Assembly (NCBI GenBank): GCA_963725665.1
Contig: CAVRZA010000003.1
Coordinates: 32,001 to 96,000, forward strand
DNA from: an uncultured Actinomycetes bacterium
GTDB lineage: Bacteria > Actinomycetota > Thermoleophilia > UBA2241
Length of the DNA: 64,000 nt
Reading direction: 5' to 3'
Shown here: piece after piece, positions 1 to 10,055 of the stretch
Layout: each line of letters starts with the position of its first letter
How positions within the stretch are numbered: position 1 is the first letter of the stretch
The notes under the pieces: model-generated
The model's database searches: none
What the model was told of the DNA's origin: nothing
What the model saw: the letters and a program-made list of their open reading frames with translations, nothing else
Program-made: the position numbers and the translations under genes

Positions 1-2
1 GC

Positions 3-197
3 GAGGTCGGCACGCCCTGGCTCGAGTTGCGCGAGCGCTGGAACGCTGCCAATCCGCAGTGGCGCTACGCAACGGAGGCAGATCCGCATGCGCGACGCTT
101 CTCCCTGGAGGCGCGCACAGCGTGGATGCGCGTGACCGGTGAGAGGTGGCCCGGTCGGCACCGGAGGGAGGCACTCCAGGGTCCGCCCCGCAGGTGA
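3..197 (+). CDS. partial hypothetical protein (C-terminus only)
   Basis: Open frame from the window edge to TGA at 195-197 (EVGTPWLELRERWNAANPQWRY...RRFS) with GC-rich third positions; no start visible. Confidence 0.45.
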   Translation, partial: EVGTPWLELRERWNAANPQWRYATEADPHARRFSLEARTAWMRVTGERWPGRHRREALQGPPRR

Positions 198-309
198 GGC
201 AGCCGTCCGGATGGGCCAGGTTGAGGCTACGGTTCCTGCCGAGGAAGACGAGCAAGATCTCGGCCTTCCAGGGCATCTCCGCAGACGGGCTCCTGCTAGA
301 CTGTGACTC

Positions 310-891
310 GTGTTTACCGTCACCCGCCTCACCGTCTTTGACCTTCTCGTGCTGCTCTTTGTCGCCTTCTCCGCCTACCGCGGCTTTCGTCGCGGGCTGG
401 TGGGTGAGCTGCTCTCCCTGGCCGCCTTTTTGGGCGCCCTCTTCTTGGCCTTTCGCTTCGACGCCCCTCTAGGGCGCTCGCTCAGGCACCTCTTCACCGG
501 CCTTTCCGTGACCGAGGCGCGCATCATCGCCTTCCTTGTCATCCTCATCGCCGTGGAGGTCGCCGCCGGGGTGCTCATCGCCGTCGTTACGCGGCACGTC
601 GGCCGCCTGCCCGTCGTGGGCAACCTTGACCGCGTCGGCGGCATCTTCATCGGTAGCGCGCTGGCGCTCATCGCCGTGTGGCTGCTGACGGCCGCCCTGC
701 TCGTTCTGCCCGCCTCGGCTGTGCCCTGGGCGAGCGCCGTGCACCGCTCGGAGACGGCCCATCTCGTGCGCACGCTCACCCCGCACTACGGCGAGGCTCT
801 GCGCGCCTACGTGGCGCACTTCACCTCGGGTCACCCGAGCACGACCCTCGAGCAGGAGCTGCGTCTCCTTGAGAGGCGGGCAAGCCAGTAG
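310..891 (+). CDS. cvpA: CvpA (colicin V production) family membrane protein
   Basis: N-terminal D-hydrophobic...SAYRGFRRGLVGELLSL motif, later LDRVGGIFIG, four hydrophobic segments. Confidence 0.85.
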   Translation: MFTVTRLTVFDLLVLLFVAFSAYRGFRRGLVGELLSLAAFLGALFLAFRFDAPLGRSLRHLFTGLSVTEARIIAFLVILIAVEVAAGVLIAVVTRHVGRLPVVGNLDRVGGIFIGSALALIAVWLLTAALLVLPASAVPWASAVHRSETAHLVRTLTPHYGEALRAYVAHFTSGHPSTTLEQELRLLERRASQ

Positions 892-1338
892 GTCGCCCCA
901 TGCGGCGGTGAGGGGCGCTGGGTCCGCCGCCGACGTGCCGACGCGGCGCCGGCATTGTCGCGATGACTCAGGCATCCTTCTGCTAGGAACTACCTATGTG
1001 AGCTGATCGGTGGTCCGACGACGTCGCCGGCGCCAGCAAGAAACCATTTCGAAGACCAAGACGCGCGTCCTCAAGAAGGCGCGGCCGAGTCTTGGTTCCC
1101 CGAACACGGCCCATAGAAGCCGTCGACGTGCACGCTCGGATCGGCGGCTACGACGGCTGCCTGGCAGGGCCCGATCGACGTGTGCCTGGTGTCGGGTGAG
1201 GAAGGCGAGTACATTCGAGGTAGGAGGCCGGGCCAGTCGCACCAGAGTTACGTAGCGTCCAGTTCACGCCGGCGTGCGGATGGGCCGGTACAGTCGGCGA
1301 GTGGAGACTCTAGGCTCCCGGCGACGGAAAGGAGATCC

Positions 1339-1617
1339 GTGGACGATTGGACCGACGAGCAGCGGCGCGAGTTTGAGGAGTACCGGCGCAAGGGCGAAGA
1401 GGAGCGAGCCCAGAAAGAGACGAGCATCAGGGTCGGCGATCACGTCGAAACCCCAGAGGGAACCGGCTGGGCAGTAGAGCCGATGGTGGGCGGGTTCCGC
1501 ATCAACCTCGACAAGGATCTCCCGCAGGAGCGACCCGGGTTCGTCGTCAACCCGCTCTCGAATGAGAACTCCTTCTTCGTGCCCACCGAGCTACTCAGGA
1601 AGATACCGAAGAAGTGA
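1339..1617 (+). CDS. hypothetical protein, about 92 aa
   Basis: GTG at 1339 preceded by AAAGGAG RBS, in frame with ORF 1180..1617; charged helix followed by IRVGDHVETPEGTG. Confidence 0.55.
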   Translation: MDDWTDEQRREFEEYRRKGEEERAQKETSIRVGDHVETPEGTGWAVEPMVGGFRINLDKDLPQERPGFVVNPLSNENSFFVPTELLRKIPKK

Positions 1618-1817
1618 GACGAGAGCTCACGGGAACCGCTCGTCCGTATCGTCGCGACGGCCGCGAGATTCCGGGCGCCCGTGAGCTGACCGTAAACCTA
1701 CCGGCGGAGCCCTACACGGACGCCGGCGGCAAGGTTCGCCGGCGTTGTCCGAAAGCGCGGAAGACGATCGAGGCGAGCGGGATCCGCGCCGCGCTGAAGG
1801 CGCTCGCAGATCTCTGA
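1614..1817 (+). pseudogene. possible N-terminal arm-binding fragment of a tyrosine integrase
   Basis: GTGA overlap with upstream ORF; ELTVNLPAEPYTDAGGKVRRR...KTIEASGIRAALKALADL resembles integrase N-termini; no catalytic domain follows; lies inside the tRNA-bounded island. Confidence 0.35.
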
Positions 1818-1864
1818 GCCGCAGCACGGCGACGGTGGCGCGGAGCCAGATCGCCCGTTCCGAT

Positions 1865-2860
1865 CTAGCGATGCGTGACCCCCGCCTGGGCGCCGTAGGC
1901 GAGCTCGAAGTCTTGCACCACCGCATCGCCGAGCGCCTCGTCGATCGCTGCCAGCGTGTCGGGCGAGAGGTTGACCCCGGATGCCCTCGCGTTGTCGGAC
2001 ACCTGCTCGGGACGCGTGGCGCCCACGATCGCCGCAGCGACCTCCTCGCGGCGCAGCACCCAGGCAAGCGCGAGATGGGCCATCGAGAGGCCGGCCTGCT
2101 CGGCGACGGGACGCAGCCGCTGCACCGCCTCCAACACCGGCTCGCGCAATCTGTGCGCGACGAACTGGCCCATCTGCGAATGCGCGGCCCGCGAGTCGGG
2201 CGGCGGCGCCTGCCCCGCGAGGTACTTGCCCGTCAGCACCCCCTGTGCCAGGGGCGACCAGACGATCTGACCGATGCCGTTGTCGGCGCACAGCGCAAAG
2301 ACCTCGCGCTCGGGGCCACGCCACAGCAGGTTGTACTGCGGCTGGGAGGCGACGAGCTTCTCGGCGCCGGCTACCTGCAGCGCCGCGCGGATCTGTTCGG
2401 GGGTCCACTCGCTGAAGCCGACGTAGCGCGCCTTGCCGGCGCGCACCACCTCGCTGAGCGCCTCCATGGTCTCCTCGATGGGCGTGGTGACGTCGAAGCG
2501 ATGGCACTGGTAGAGATCGACGTAGTCGCTGCGCAGGCGCGCCAGCGAGGCGTCGATCTGCGTGCGCACCTCGGCTGCCGAGAGGCCGCCGGCGTGATTA
2601 TCGGCCATCGGCCAGTACAGCTTCGTGGCCAGGACGAACGAGCCGCGCGGATAGTCCGAGAGGATCTCGCCCCAGGCCTCCTCTGCGGCACCACGGCCGT
2701 AGGCGTTCGCGGTGTCGAAGAAGTTGATGCCGGCGTCGAACGCCGCCCGCGTGCAGGCCTTCGTGCGCTCTGGGCTCACTCCCCCGGAGTACGTCAACCA
2801 CGAGCCCAGCGAGATCTCCGACACCTGTAGGTCACTGTTGCCCAGCGGGCGGTAGTCCAT
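1865..2860 (-). CDS. aldo/keto reductase (Kv-beta/Tas-like)
   Basis: LGNSDLQVSEISLGSW, FFDTANAY, LATK, DLYQCHRFD, WSPLAQGVLTGKY motifs. Confidence 0.93.
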   Translation of the reverse strand: MDYRPLGNSDLQVSEISLGSWLTYSGGVSPERTKACTRAAFDAGINFFDTANAYGRGAAEEAWGEILSDYPRGSFVLATKLYWPMADNHAGGLSAAEVRTQIDASLARLRSDYVDLYQCHRFDVTTPIEETMEALSEVVRAGKARYVGFSEWTPEQIRAALQVAGAEKLVASQPQYNLLWRGPEREVFALCADNGIGQIVWSPLAQGVLTGKYLAGQAPPPDSRAAHSQMGQFVAHRLREPVLEAVQRLRPVAEQAGLSMAHLALAWVLRREEVAAAIVGATRPEQVSDNARASGVNLSPDTLAAIDEALGDAVVQDFELAYGAQAGVTHR

Positions 2861-3107
2861 CTTCGGCCTCCGTGGGAGTGAGTGCCCAACGTCTCGTGCT
2901 TGGACGTCGACGACCCACTGCGTGAGACTCGCGCTTTCGGCGCGTGGCTAGTTCCCCAGACGATGTAGCCGCCGTGGTAGCCGCTGAAACACTCAGATCC
3001 ACGGGGGGCGACGCAAGCGGCGACTTGCGCCGACGTGATGCCGACGTAGGTGCCGATCACGGTGCACTTCGCAGGCGCTCAGGAACGGTCCATAAACGAT
3101 GAGCTCG

Positions 3108-3220
3108 TATGTGAGCCGAAATCGCCCTATGTGAGCCACTGAAGCCACATGAAGCACCTGCACAGTGGCACTTTCTGCTCTCGCGTGCAGAAGCCATTTC
3201 AGCTCACATAGGCTCACATG
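3108..3220. repeat. TATGTGAGC repeats, putative integrase arm-type sites
   Basis: Direct copies at 3108 and 3128, inverted copies at 3201-3210 and 3211-3219, and a further copy at 994-1004. Confidence 0.6.
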
Positions 3221-3243
3221 ACTGGCCGCGTCCTTGCGACACC

Positions 3244-3289
3244 ACTGAAAATCATGGTGTCGGCAGTTCAATTCTGCCCCTCGCCACCA
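3244..3289 (+). mobile_element. att site: 3' half of tRNA-Phe(GAA) marking the right end of an integrated element
   Basis: ACTGAAAATCATGGTGTCGGCAGTTCAATTCTGCCCCTCGCCACCA contains the anticodon loop, T-arm and CCA; the upstream sequence lacks a D-arm and the complementary 5' acceptor strand GGCGAGG. Confidence 0.8.
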
Positions 3290-3709
3290 AGATTCCCCAG
3301 CAAATAGCCAGGTTCTGCTGGCGCCATGTCTTGCACTCGCGTGCTCTCCCGCCAAAGTCTGCGAAGTCTAAGGTGGACAAGGCCTCCTTCTCCACCGCTG
3401 ACGCCAACGTGCCGATGGCGACTTGCTGGGCATCGGGCAAGCCGGGGGCGCAAGTCATCATCGACGCCGCTACCAACCGGCGTTGAGCACGGCAGAAGGC
3501 GGCCGGCCAGTTGTCACCTGGGGGTGCTTGAGGCCGGGAGGTTCCAACCGCCGCTGTCTGGCCTACTCCCAGTCAGGATTGCCTGCAGGACTGGAGGTCG
3601 ACATATGCGTAGGGAGGGTTTGCCAAAGTACTTCTGAGTGAAGACCTGGGGTGTATATTCGTAAGGCACAGCCTGGCCTGCATCGGCACCTGGGAGGAGG
3701 TGAGTCGAC

Positions 3710-3859
3710 ATGTTGCTCATCTGGATACTGCTTCTGATCCTCGCCATCGTCATCTTCGGAGTTGGCTTCTTCGTCAGAGTGTTCCTGTGGATCGGAATCG
3801 CGTTGCTGATCATCTGGGTCATCGCGATTCTGGTGAACATGTTTCGCGGTCGCCGCTGA
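3710..3859 (+). CDS. small 49-aa two-helix membrane protein (not in the ORF track)
   Basis: GGAGGAGG RBS; MLLIWILLLILAIVIFGVGFFVRVFLWIGIALLIIWVIAILVNMFRGRR, with a basic C-terminal tail. Confidence 0.75.
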   Translation: MLLIWILLLILAIVIFGVGFFVRVFLWIGIALLIIWVIAILVNMFRGRR

Positions 3860-4075
3860 GTGCTTAGACGTTTCGCAGCACTGACGGGAGAGAGCGGCCG
3901 GCGCTGGTTGTCACAAGAGTCATGAACTCCACAGTCAACCCGCCGGCCGCTCATTTTGCATCGACGTGGGCGAGGAGACGATGATCCGCCGTCCGCTCTG
4001 GTGGTCACCCAGGGGACGGTGGGGAGCCAGCGCGCGCCCGCGATCGGGGCGCTTTTCAAGGTAAGGTGGTAGTCG

Positions 4076-5107
4076 ATGGATGCGCTGGTGAAGACGGGAC
4101 CGGGAGTCGGGCTCAGCCTTGAGGACGTCGAGGTACCGGCGCCCGGCCCGAGCGAAGTCCTCATCCGCATCCTGAAGACGGCCATCTGCGGCACCGACGT
4201 CCACATCTTCGAGTGGGACGACTGGGCGCGCAGGACAGTGCCCCTACCGCTCGTGATCGGACACGAGTTCGTGGGCGTGATCGAGAGGCTGGGGCACGAC
4301 GTCTCGGGTCTTGCGCTAGGCGAGGTCGTCACCGGCGAGGGGCACATAGTCTGTGGCCATTGCCGCAATTGCCTGGCCGGGCGCAGACATCTGTGCATGA
4401 ACACGGTGAGCATAGGCGCGACGAGGCCGGGGGCGTTTGCCGAGTATCTCGTGCTTCCCGCGGTCAACGTGTGGCCGGCAGATCCGCGCATACCACTCGA
4501 GGTCGTGGCCGTGTTCGACCCCCTGGGCAACGCCGTGCACACCGCGCTCAGCTACGATCTCACGGGTGAGGACGTGCTTATCACCGGCGCCGGCCCTGTA
4601 GGCTGCATGGCGGCTGCCATCGCTCGTCACGTCGGCGCCCGCTACGTCGTCATCACCGACGTCAACCCGTGGCGGCTTAAGCTGGCGCGCAAGATGGGCG
4701 TGGACCTGGCAATCGCTGCGAGCCCTGAGAGCATCGGTGGTGCGATGCGGGAGCTGGGCATGAAGGAGGGCTTCGATGTCGGACTCGAGATGTCGGGCAA
4801 CCCGGATGCCCTGCGCGGCATGCTCGAGGTGATGTGCCACGGGGGCCGGATCGCTCTTCTCGGCTTCCTCGAGGGCGAGAGCGCCATCGACTGGGAGAAG
4901 GTGATCTTCGGCAGCTTGACGCTCAAGGGTATCTACGGCCGCGAGATGTTCGAGACCTGGTACAAGATGACCGCCTTCATCCAGAGCGGTTTGGACATCA
5001 CGCCCGTTATCACGCACCGCTTCCCCTACACCGAGTTCGAGACCGCCTTCGAGACCATGCGCTCCGGCAGCTCAGGCAAGGTGATCCTCGAATGGACGCA
5101 GGTCTGA
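4076..5107 (+). CDS. tdh: L-threonine 3-dehydrogenase
   Basis: ICGTDVH, GHEFVG, CGHCRNC...[26 protein letters not shown]; adjacent to kbl. Confidence 0.95.
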   Translation: MDALVKTGPGVGLSLEDVEVPAPGPSEVLIRILKTAICGTDVHIFEWDDWARRTVPLPLVIGHEFVGVIERLGHDVSGLALGEVVTGEGHIVCGHCRNCLAGRRHLCMNTVSIGATRPGAFAEYLVLPAVNVWPADPRIPLEVVAVFDPLGNAVHTALSYDLTGEDVLITGAGPVGCMAAAIARHVGARYVVITDVNPWRLKLARKMGVDLAIAASPESIGGAMRELGMKEGFDVGLEMSGNPDALRGMLEVMCHGGRIALLGFLEGESAIDWEKVIFGSLTLKGIYGREMFETWYKMTAFIQSGLDITPVITHRFPYTEFETAFETMRSGSSGKVILEWTQV

Positions 5108-5128
5108 GGGCCAAATGGAAGGAGGATC

Positions 5129-6320
5129 GTGGTGCTGACGCCAGACCTGCAGGGGCGACTTGAGGGGCAGCTCGCGCAGATACGCCAAGAGGGTCTCTAC
5201 AAAGAGGAACGCCTCATCGACGGCCCGCAGGGTGCCTGGGTCGTCCTCGCCGACGGCCGGCGGGTGCTCAACATGTGCGCCAACAACTACCTCGGCCTCT
5301 CAGACCACCCCCAGCTCCTGGACGCGGCCAGGTCCTGCCTGGATAAGTGGGGCTTCGGCATGTCCTCGGTACGCTTCATCTGCGGCACGCAGACGCTGCA
5401 CCGCGAGCTCGAGAAGGCGCTGAGCGGCTTCCTGGGCACCGAGGACACCATCCTCTACTCGTCGTGCTTCGATGCCAACGGCGGTCTCTTCGAGACGCTG
5501 CTGACCGACGAGGACGCGATCATCAGCGACGAGCTCAACCACGCTAGCATCATCGACGGCGTGCGGCTCTGCAAGGCGCAGAGGTTCCGCTACAAGAACG
5601 CCGACATGGACGACCTGGAGGAGAAGCTGCGCGAGGCGGCCGGCGCGCGTGTGCGCCTGATCGCCACCGACGGCGTCTTCTCGATGGACGGCATCGTCGC
5701 GCCCTTGCCGGGGATCTGCGCACTGGCCGAGCGCTATCAGGCCCTGGTCATGGTGGACGACTCCCACGCCGTCGGGGTGCTCGGCGAACACGGCAAGCGG
5801 ATCGCTCGAGCACTGCGGCGTGATGGGCCGCATCGACATCTTGACCGGCACGCTGGGCAAGGCCTTGGGGGGCGCGAGCGGCGGCTACACATCGGGTCGC
5901 CGCGAGATCGTCGCGACCTTAAGGCAGCGCTCGCGGCCCTATCTCTTCTCGAACACGCTGGCGCCGGTGGTGGCCGCCGGCTCGCTACGGGCGCTCGAGC
6001 TTCTCACGGAGTCGCGCGAGCTCGTGACCAGGCTGCGCGACAACACGGCCTACTTCCGCGCCGGTGTGAAGGCGCTCGGCCTCACGATACGGGAGGGCGA
6101 GCACCCCATCGTGCCGATCATGGTGGGCGACGCCAAGCTCGCCCAGGAGGTCGCCGCGGCAATGCTGGAGAAGGGTGTGTACGTCATCGGCTTCTCGTAC
6201 CCGGTCGTGCCGCGTGAGCGGGCGCGGATCCGCGTGCAGGTCTCCGCCGCGCACTCGCGCGAGGACTTGGATCTCGCGCTCGAGGCGTTCGCAGGAGTCG
6301 CGCGCGAGCTTGGTCTCTGA
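5129..6320 (+). CDS. kbl: glycine C-acetyltransferase (2-amino-3-ketobutyrate CoA ligase), frameshifted near 5795
   Basis: [28 protein letters not shown] and DDSHA in one frame; [10 protein letters not shown] and [11 protein letters not shown] in the next; one extra base at about 5795. Confidence 0.9.
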
Positions 6321-6458
6321 GAGTGTGAAGTGGTTCGATGGCGCCCGTGAGCGGCTGACGATCATCTAGTTGACTCACGAGTCACGCTGCGACACGCAGC
6401 CGATTCGTTACCCCGCCCCAGGTTGGGCCGAGAGGAGCCTTCAGAGTAGGCTTCTGCC

Positions 6459-7322
6459 GTGAGCAAGGCAGGCGCAGAAGCCGGTGAGGACAGGCTCCCT
6501 CGGCCTCCCGTCCCAGTCTCCCTGACGCGCAGGATCGCGATTGCGATCGTCATCGGTGTCGTGGCGGGCTTCGTGGCTGGTTTGTTCGGCGTGGGCGGGG
6601 GCATCCTCATCGTTCCGGCTCTCTTGCTGGTGCTCGGGATGGAGCAGCGTCTGGCACACGGCACATCGCTGGCGGCGATCGTGCCCATCTCCGTCGGCGG
6701 CGTCGCGGGATACGTATGGTCGGGTTCCGTGGACTGGGTGGCGGTTGCGATCCTGGTGGGGGGAGCCGTGCTCGGGGCAGTGGCAGGGACTCATGCCCTT
6801 CATCGGCTTCCGCAGCGCGTTCTGCGCGTGGTCTTCGCGCTCTATCTCCTGGCCACCGCCGTTAGCCTCTTCCTCAACGTGGGATCGACGGCGGCTCAGG
6901 AACGATTGACCGTGCCCACGGTGGCCGGTCTGGTGCTCATCGGCCTGGCCGCCGGGACGACCGCCGGGCTGTTGGGTGTGGGGGGCGGTCTGGTGATGGT
7001 GCCCGCCATGATCCTTCTGCTGTCGATGCCCGTCGCCTTGGCGAAGGGTACATCGCTGGCGGTCACCGTCCCGACCGCCGTGGTGGGGACGATCCGCAAC
7101 CTCGGCGTCCGCAACGTGGACCTCGTGCTCGCGGGGGTCATCGGGTTGACGGGGATGGCATCTTCGTACGGCGGCGCTCGGGTCTCCGTGACGATGGACC
7201 CGCGGCTCTCGAAGATCCTCTTCGCTTGTCTGTTGGTCGCCGTCGCAGTGACGTTGCTGTTCATGAGGAACGGGCAACGAGCGCGAGTGCACGAGGGGTC
7301 TGGCCTGGTGGTTCAGCCTTGA
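6459..7322 (+). CDS. TauE/SafE sulfite-exporter family permease
   Basis: Duplicated GLFGVGGG...VP...AHGTSLA and GLLGVGGG...AKGTSLA halves. Confidence 0.9.
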   Translation: MSKAGAEAGEDRLPRPPVPVSLTRRIAIAIVIGVVAGFVAGLFGVGGGILIVPALLLVLGMEQRLAHGTSLAAIVPISVGGVAGYVWSGSVDWVAVAILVGGAVLGAVAGTHALHRLPQRVLRVVFALYLLATAVSLFLNVGSTAAQERLTVPTVAGLVLIGLAAGTTAGLLGVGGGLVMVPAMILLLSMPVALAKGTSLAVTVPTAVVGTIRNLGVRNVDLVLAGVIGLTGMASSYGGARVSVTMDPRLSKILFACLLVAVAVTLLFMRNGQRARVHEGSGLVVQP

Positions 7323-7524
7323 GGCTGCTGTGCTTGATGTGACTGTGACAACAGCGGTAGTGTCGCGGTATCAGGCCCGACATCGCCACTCGTCGTGGGG
7401 AGGCGGGGCATCGGAGGCGGGCAAGGAGGTTTGAGACAGAGCAAGGCGCTTGGCAGGTTGTCGGCCTGCTAACGAATCAGCTCGATGTCGGGAGAGACTG
7501 AACTCAATCGAGAAGGGGGCAACG

Positions 7525-8997
7525 ATGCAGAACGAGGATCACGATTCCGCCGCCGGCCGTAGGGATAATGAAGGCCTTCTTGGCGGCAGGCCGGTGAGTC
7601 GTCGGGAGTTCCTCAAGATAGCGGGCGCGACTGGCGCGGTCATCGGTGTGGGTGCGGGACTGGGCGGATTCCTTGGCGCCTGCGGCGGCACGTCCTCATC
7701 CTCATCTACGTCCTCCGCTGCACCTATCAAATTCGGAATCATGGGGCCAATGGGAGATCCGACCGGCCTCAACGTGCTCAGGCCAGCCGAGATGATGTTC
7801 AAGACGATCAACGCTGCCGGTGGGATCCTGGGTCATCCCTGCGAGATCGTAGGACCTCTCGACGATCACAATGAGACAGCTCAGGCCATCACGGCCTACG
7901 AGTCCCTGATAAGCAAGAAATGTAATGTGATTCTTGGTGCCTCAATTGATGATGTCGAGTCGGCGCTTCTTGGTAGGATAGCGCAGCAGCCTGATGTTCT
8001 GTATTTGTCTCAGTTTGCTTCAACTCAGGCCTTCATGGTCAACGTTCATAAGGACTACGAGCGGTTCAAGACATATTTTATGTACACGCCAACTGATCAA
8101 GGGCTGTACTTCTGTGTCCAGAATCCTGCCGTGGAGTTGAAGGACAAGTTTGGCTGGAAGAGAGCCTTCATGCTGCGCGAGGATATGGTCTGGACTGAGG
8201 GTGTGGAGGGATTCTTCAAGGACGAGGCGCCAAAGGCAGGGTTCGAAATTGCTGGCATAGCTGTGGTGCCTGTGGACGTGGAAGACCTGACTCCGTATTT
8301 CAGGCAGGCACAGCAGGCAAATGCCCAAGTCATCATGACTTTCATATCGGTGTTCGGAGAGAAGCTTGCGAATCAGGCTTGGTCGCAGAAGTTCCCGATC
8401 GCGATGCTCGGGCACAACGGCATTCTGAACGACTACGGCTACTGGGAGAGAAGTAAGGGAGCCTGGGGCCCGATGGCCACCACGTCGACGTGGGGGAGTC
8501 TGGAGAAACAGACCGCGGTGTGGCGCGACTTCGTCACGGAGTGGTATACGACGTACACGGATGACCCAAGGACGCCGATGTGGCTCGGTGAATGCACGTG
8601 GCGGGCGATCAACTCGTACAAGGAGGCCTGCGAGAGGGCGAAGACCATAGAGACGCAGGCGGTCATCAAGGAGCTCGAGAAGACGTATTATCCCGACGCA
8701 CCGGTCGCCGGTGGGTTCTACGGACCTGAAGAGGGCGATTGGCCACACGCTTGGTGCTCGCCTATCGACAAGGCGCAGGTCTACACGGCGAATCCGCCAC
8801 GTGGAAAGGGGCTGTGGGAGAGTTCGCCTTGGAGTCCTATGACCCAGTGGGAGCCTCAGAACATTGCGCCGTCTGCGACCTTCGTGCTGCCTGGGGAGCC
8901 CGCAGACTACGGCCGGCTAGTCACCGTATATCCACAGAAGCTGGCTGGCGGTGAGTTCCAGCAGCCCCCGTTCTTCCCCGGTTCACCCAACGCGTGA
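7525..8997 (+). CDS. Liv-type ABC substrate-binding lipoprotein with Tat signal
   Basis: SRREFLK twin-arginine motif, LGAC lipobox, Ser-rich linker, INAAGGILG; first gene of the ABC operon. Confidence 0.85.
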   Translation: MQNEDHDSAAGRRDNEGLLGGRPVSRREFLKIAGATGAVIGVGAGLGGFLGACGGTSSSSSTSSAAPIKFGIMGPMGDPTGLNVLRPAEMMFKTINAAGGILGHPCEIVGPLDDHNETAQAITAYESLISKKCNVILGASIDDVESALLGRIAQQPDVLYLSQFASTQAFMVNVHKDYERFKTYFMYTPTDQGLYFCVQNPAVELKDKFGWKRAFMLREDMVWTEGVEGFFKDEAPKAGFEIAGIAVVPVDVEDLTPYFRQAQQANAQVIMTFISVFGEKLANQAWSQKFPIAMLGHNGILNDYGYWERSKGAWGPMATTSTWGSLEKQTAVWRDFVTEWYTTYTDDPRTPMWLGECTWRAINSYKEACERAKTIETQAVIKELEKTYYPDAPVAGGFYGPEEGDWPHAWCSPIDKAQVYTANPPRGKGLWESSPWSPMTQWEPQNIAPSATFVLPGEPADYGRLVTVYPQKLAGGEFQQPPFFPGSPNA

Positions 8998-9051
8998 CGC
9001 TGCGCGACGCGCAGGCAAGCAACAGACAGATCTTTCAGGACGAACGTGAGT

Positions 9052-9088
9052 GCACTGAGGGGCACGCCTCGAGCCTGCCCCTCAGTGC
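9052..9088 (+). terminator. intergenic hairpin after the SBP gene
   Basis: GCACTGAGGGGCA...TGCCCCTCAGTGC, a 13-bp inverted repeat. Confidence 0.6.
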
Positions 9089-9168
9089 GCGAACGGTCGC
9101 GGGCTCCCGGGTTGCGAGCCTCTGAACGAGACCATATGGCTTGGGATTAGCCAGGGGAGGCTGGGTAC

Positions 9169-10023
9169 GTGGACAATCTGGTGTACGTTCTGGTGTACGG
9201 CGTCCTATTCGCGTCCCTCTACGGGATCATGACGGTCGGCTTTGCTCTGATCTGCGGTCTGGGGGGCTTCTACGACATCACTCTGCCAGCGTATTTCATG
9301 GTAGGCGGCTTTGCGATCGTGAAGCTCAGCCCCTATCTCTCACAGTGGTCGTTTCTTCCGGTGGCGCTCGGCCTGGGGGCGCTCTGCGTAGGCCACTACT
9401 ACGTGTTCATCAGGCCGCAGCGCGAGAACCCCTACAGGGTGTTCTTCGCAACCATTCTGTTGGCGCTCGGTGTCGAGAGCCTGATGGCCATGATCTTCAC
9501 ATATGGCTACACATTCAAGGTAACGCCGCTGATCGCTGGTGACGTGCACCTCCTGGGCGTTAGCGTGCAGCGCGAGCTCATTCTTGGCGGTGCCATTGGC
9601 TGGCTTACCCTGTTCGGGCTTCTCTACCTCACCAGGCACAGCAATATTGGCCGAGCCGTCATTGCGATTCCGCAGAGTGCGCGCGGTAGTCAGGTTATCG
9701 GTCTTGATGTGGTCCGCATCCAGATGCTCGTTTATTTCGTCGGAGGAGTTCTCCTAGGATTAGGGTCATACTTCTATGGCGGCTACATTGGTGTCAGTGT
9801 ACATATGTGGTCTTATCCTCTCGTGATTATGTTCACCATTGCTACTCTCGGAGGCCTCGGCAGTATTAGTGGCATGATGTACGCTACTCTTTTTATCGGA
9901 ATACTTGAGGTTGGCGTGGTCACATTTATCGACCCACGAATTCGTGCCTTTGTTCTGCTGGGAGTAGCCGTCGCTATTCTGATATACCGTCCACGAGGAA
10001 TATCGGGAACCCGCATTGGTTGA
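9169..10023 (+). CDS. branched-chain amino acid ABC permease (LivH-like)
   Basis: YGIMTVGFALICG, IGRAVIAI...IGLDV, LGGLGSISG. Confidence 0.85.
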   Translation: MDNLVYVLVYGVLFASLYGIMTVGFALICGLGGFYDITLPAYFMVGGFAIVKLSPYLSQWSFLPVALGLGALCVGHYYVFIRPQRENPYRVFFATILLALGVESLMAMIFTYGYTFKVTPLIAGDVHLLGVSVQRELILGGAIGWLTLFGLLYLTRHSNIGRAVIAIPQSARGSQVIGLDVVRIQMLVYFVGGVLLGLGSYFYGGYIGVSVHMWSYPLVIMFTIATLGGLGSISGMMYATLFIGILEVGVVTFIDPRIRAFVLLGVAVAILIYRPRGISGTRIG

Positions 10024-10055
10024 ACCGCTGGTGCCGAGATTAGAGAGAGGATGCC

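Noticed and set aside
199-280. IS481-like transposase start (MPWK on the minus strand)
   Set aside because: The similarity is four residues only, with no HTH or DDE continuation and no inverted repeats.
3214-3289. Intact tRNA-Phe gene
   Set aside because: The 5' acceptor strand and D-arm are missing; only the 3' half is present, so it is called an att site.
5790-5800. Programmed ribosomal frameshift in kbl
   Set aside because: No slippery heptamer or stimulatory structure; an indel is the simpler explanation.
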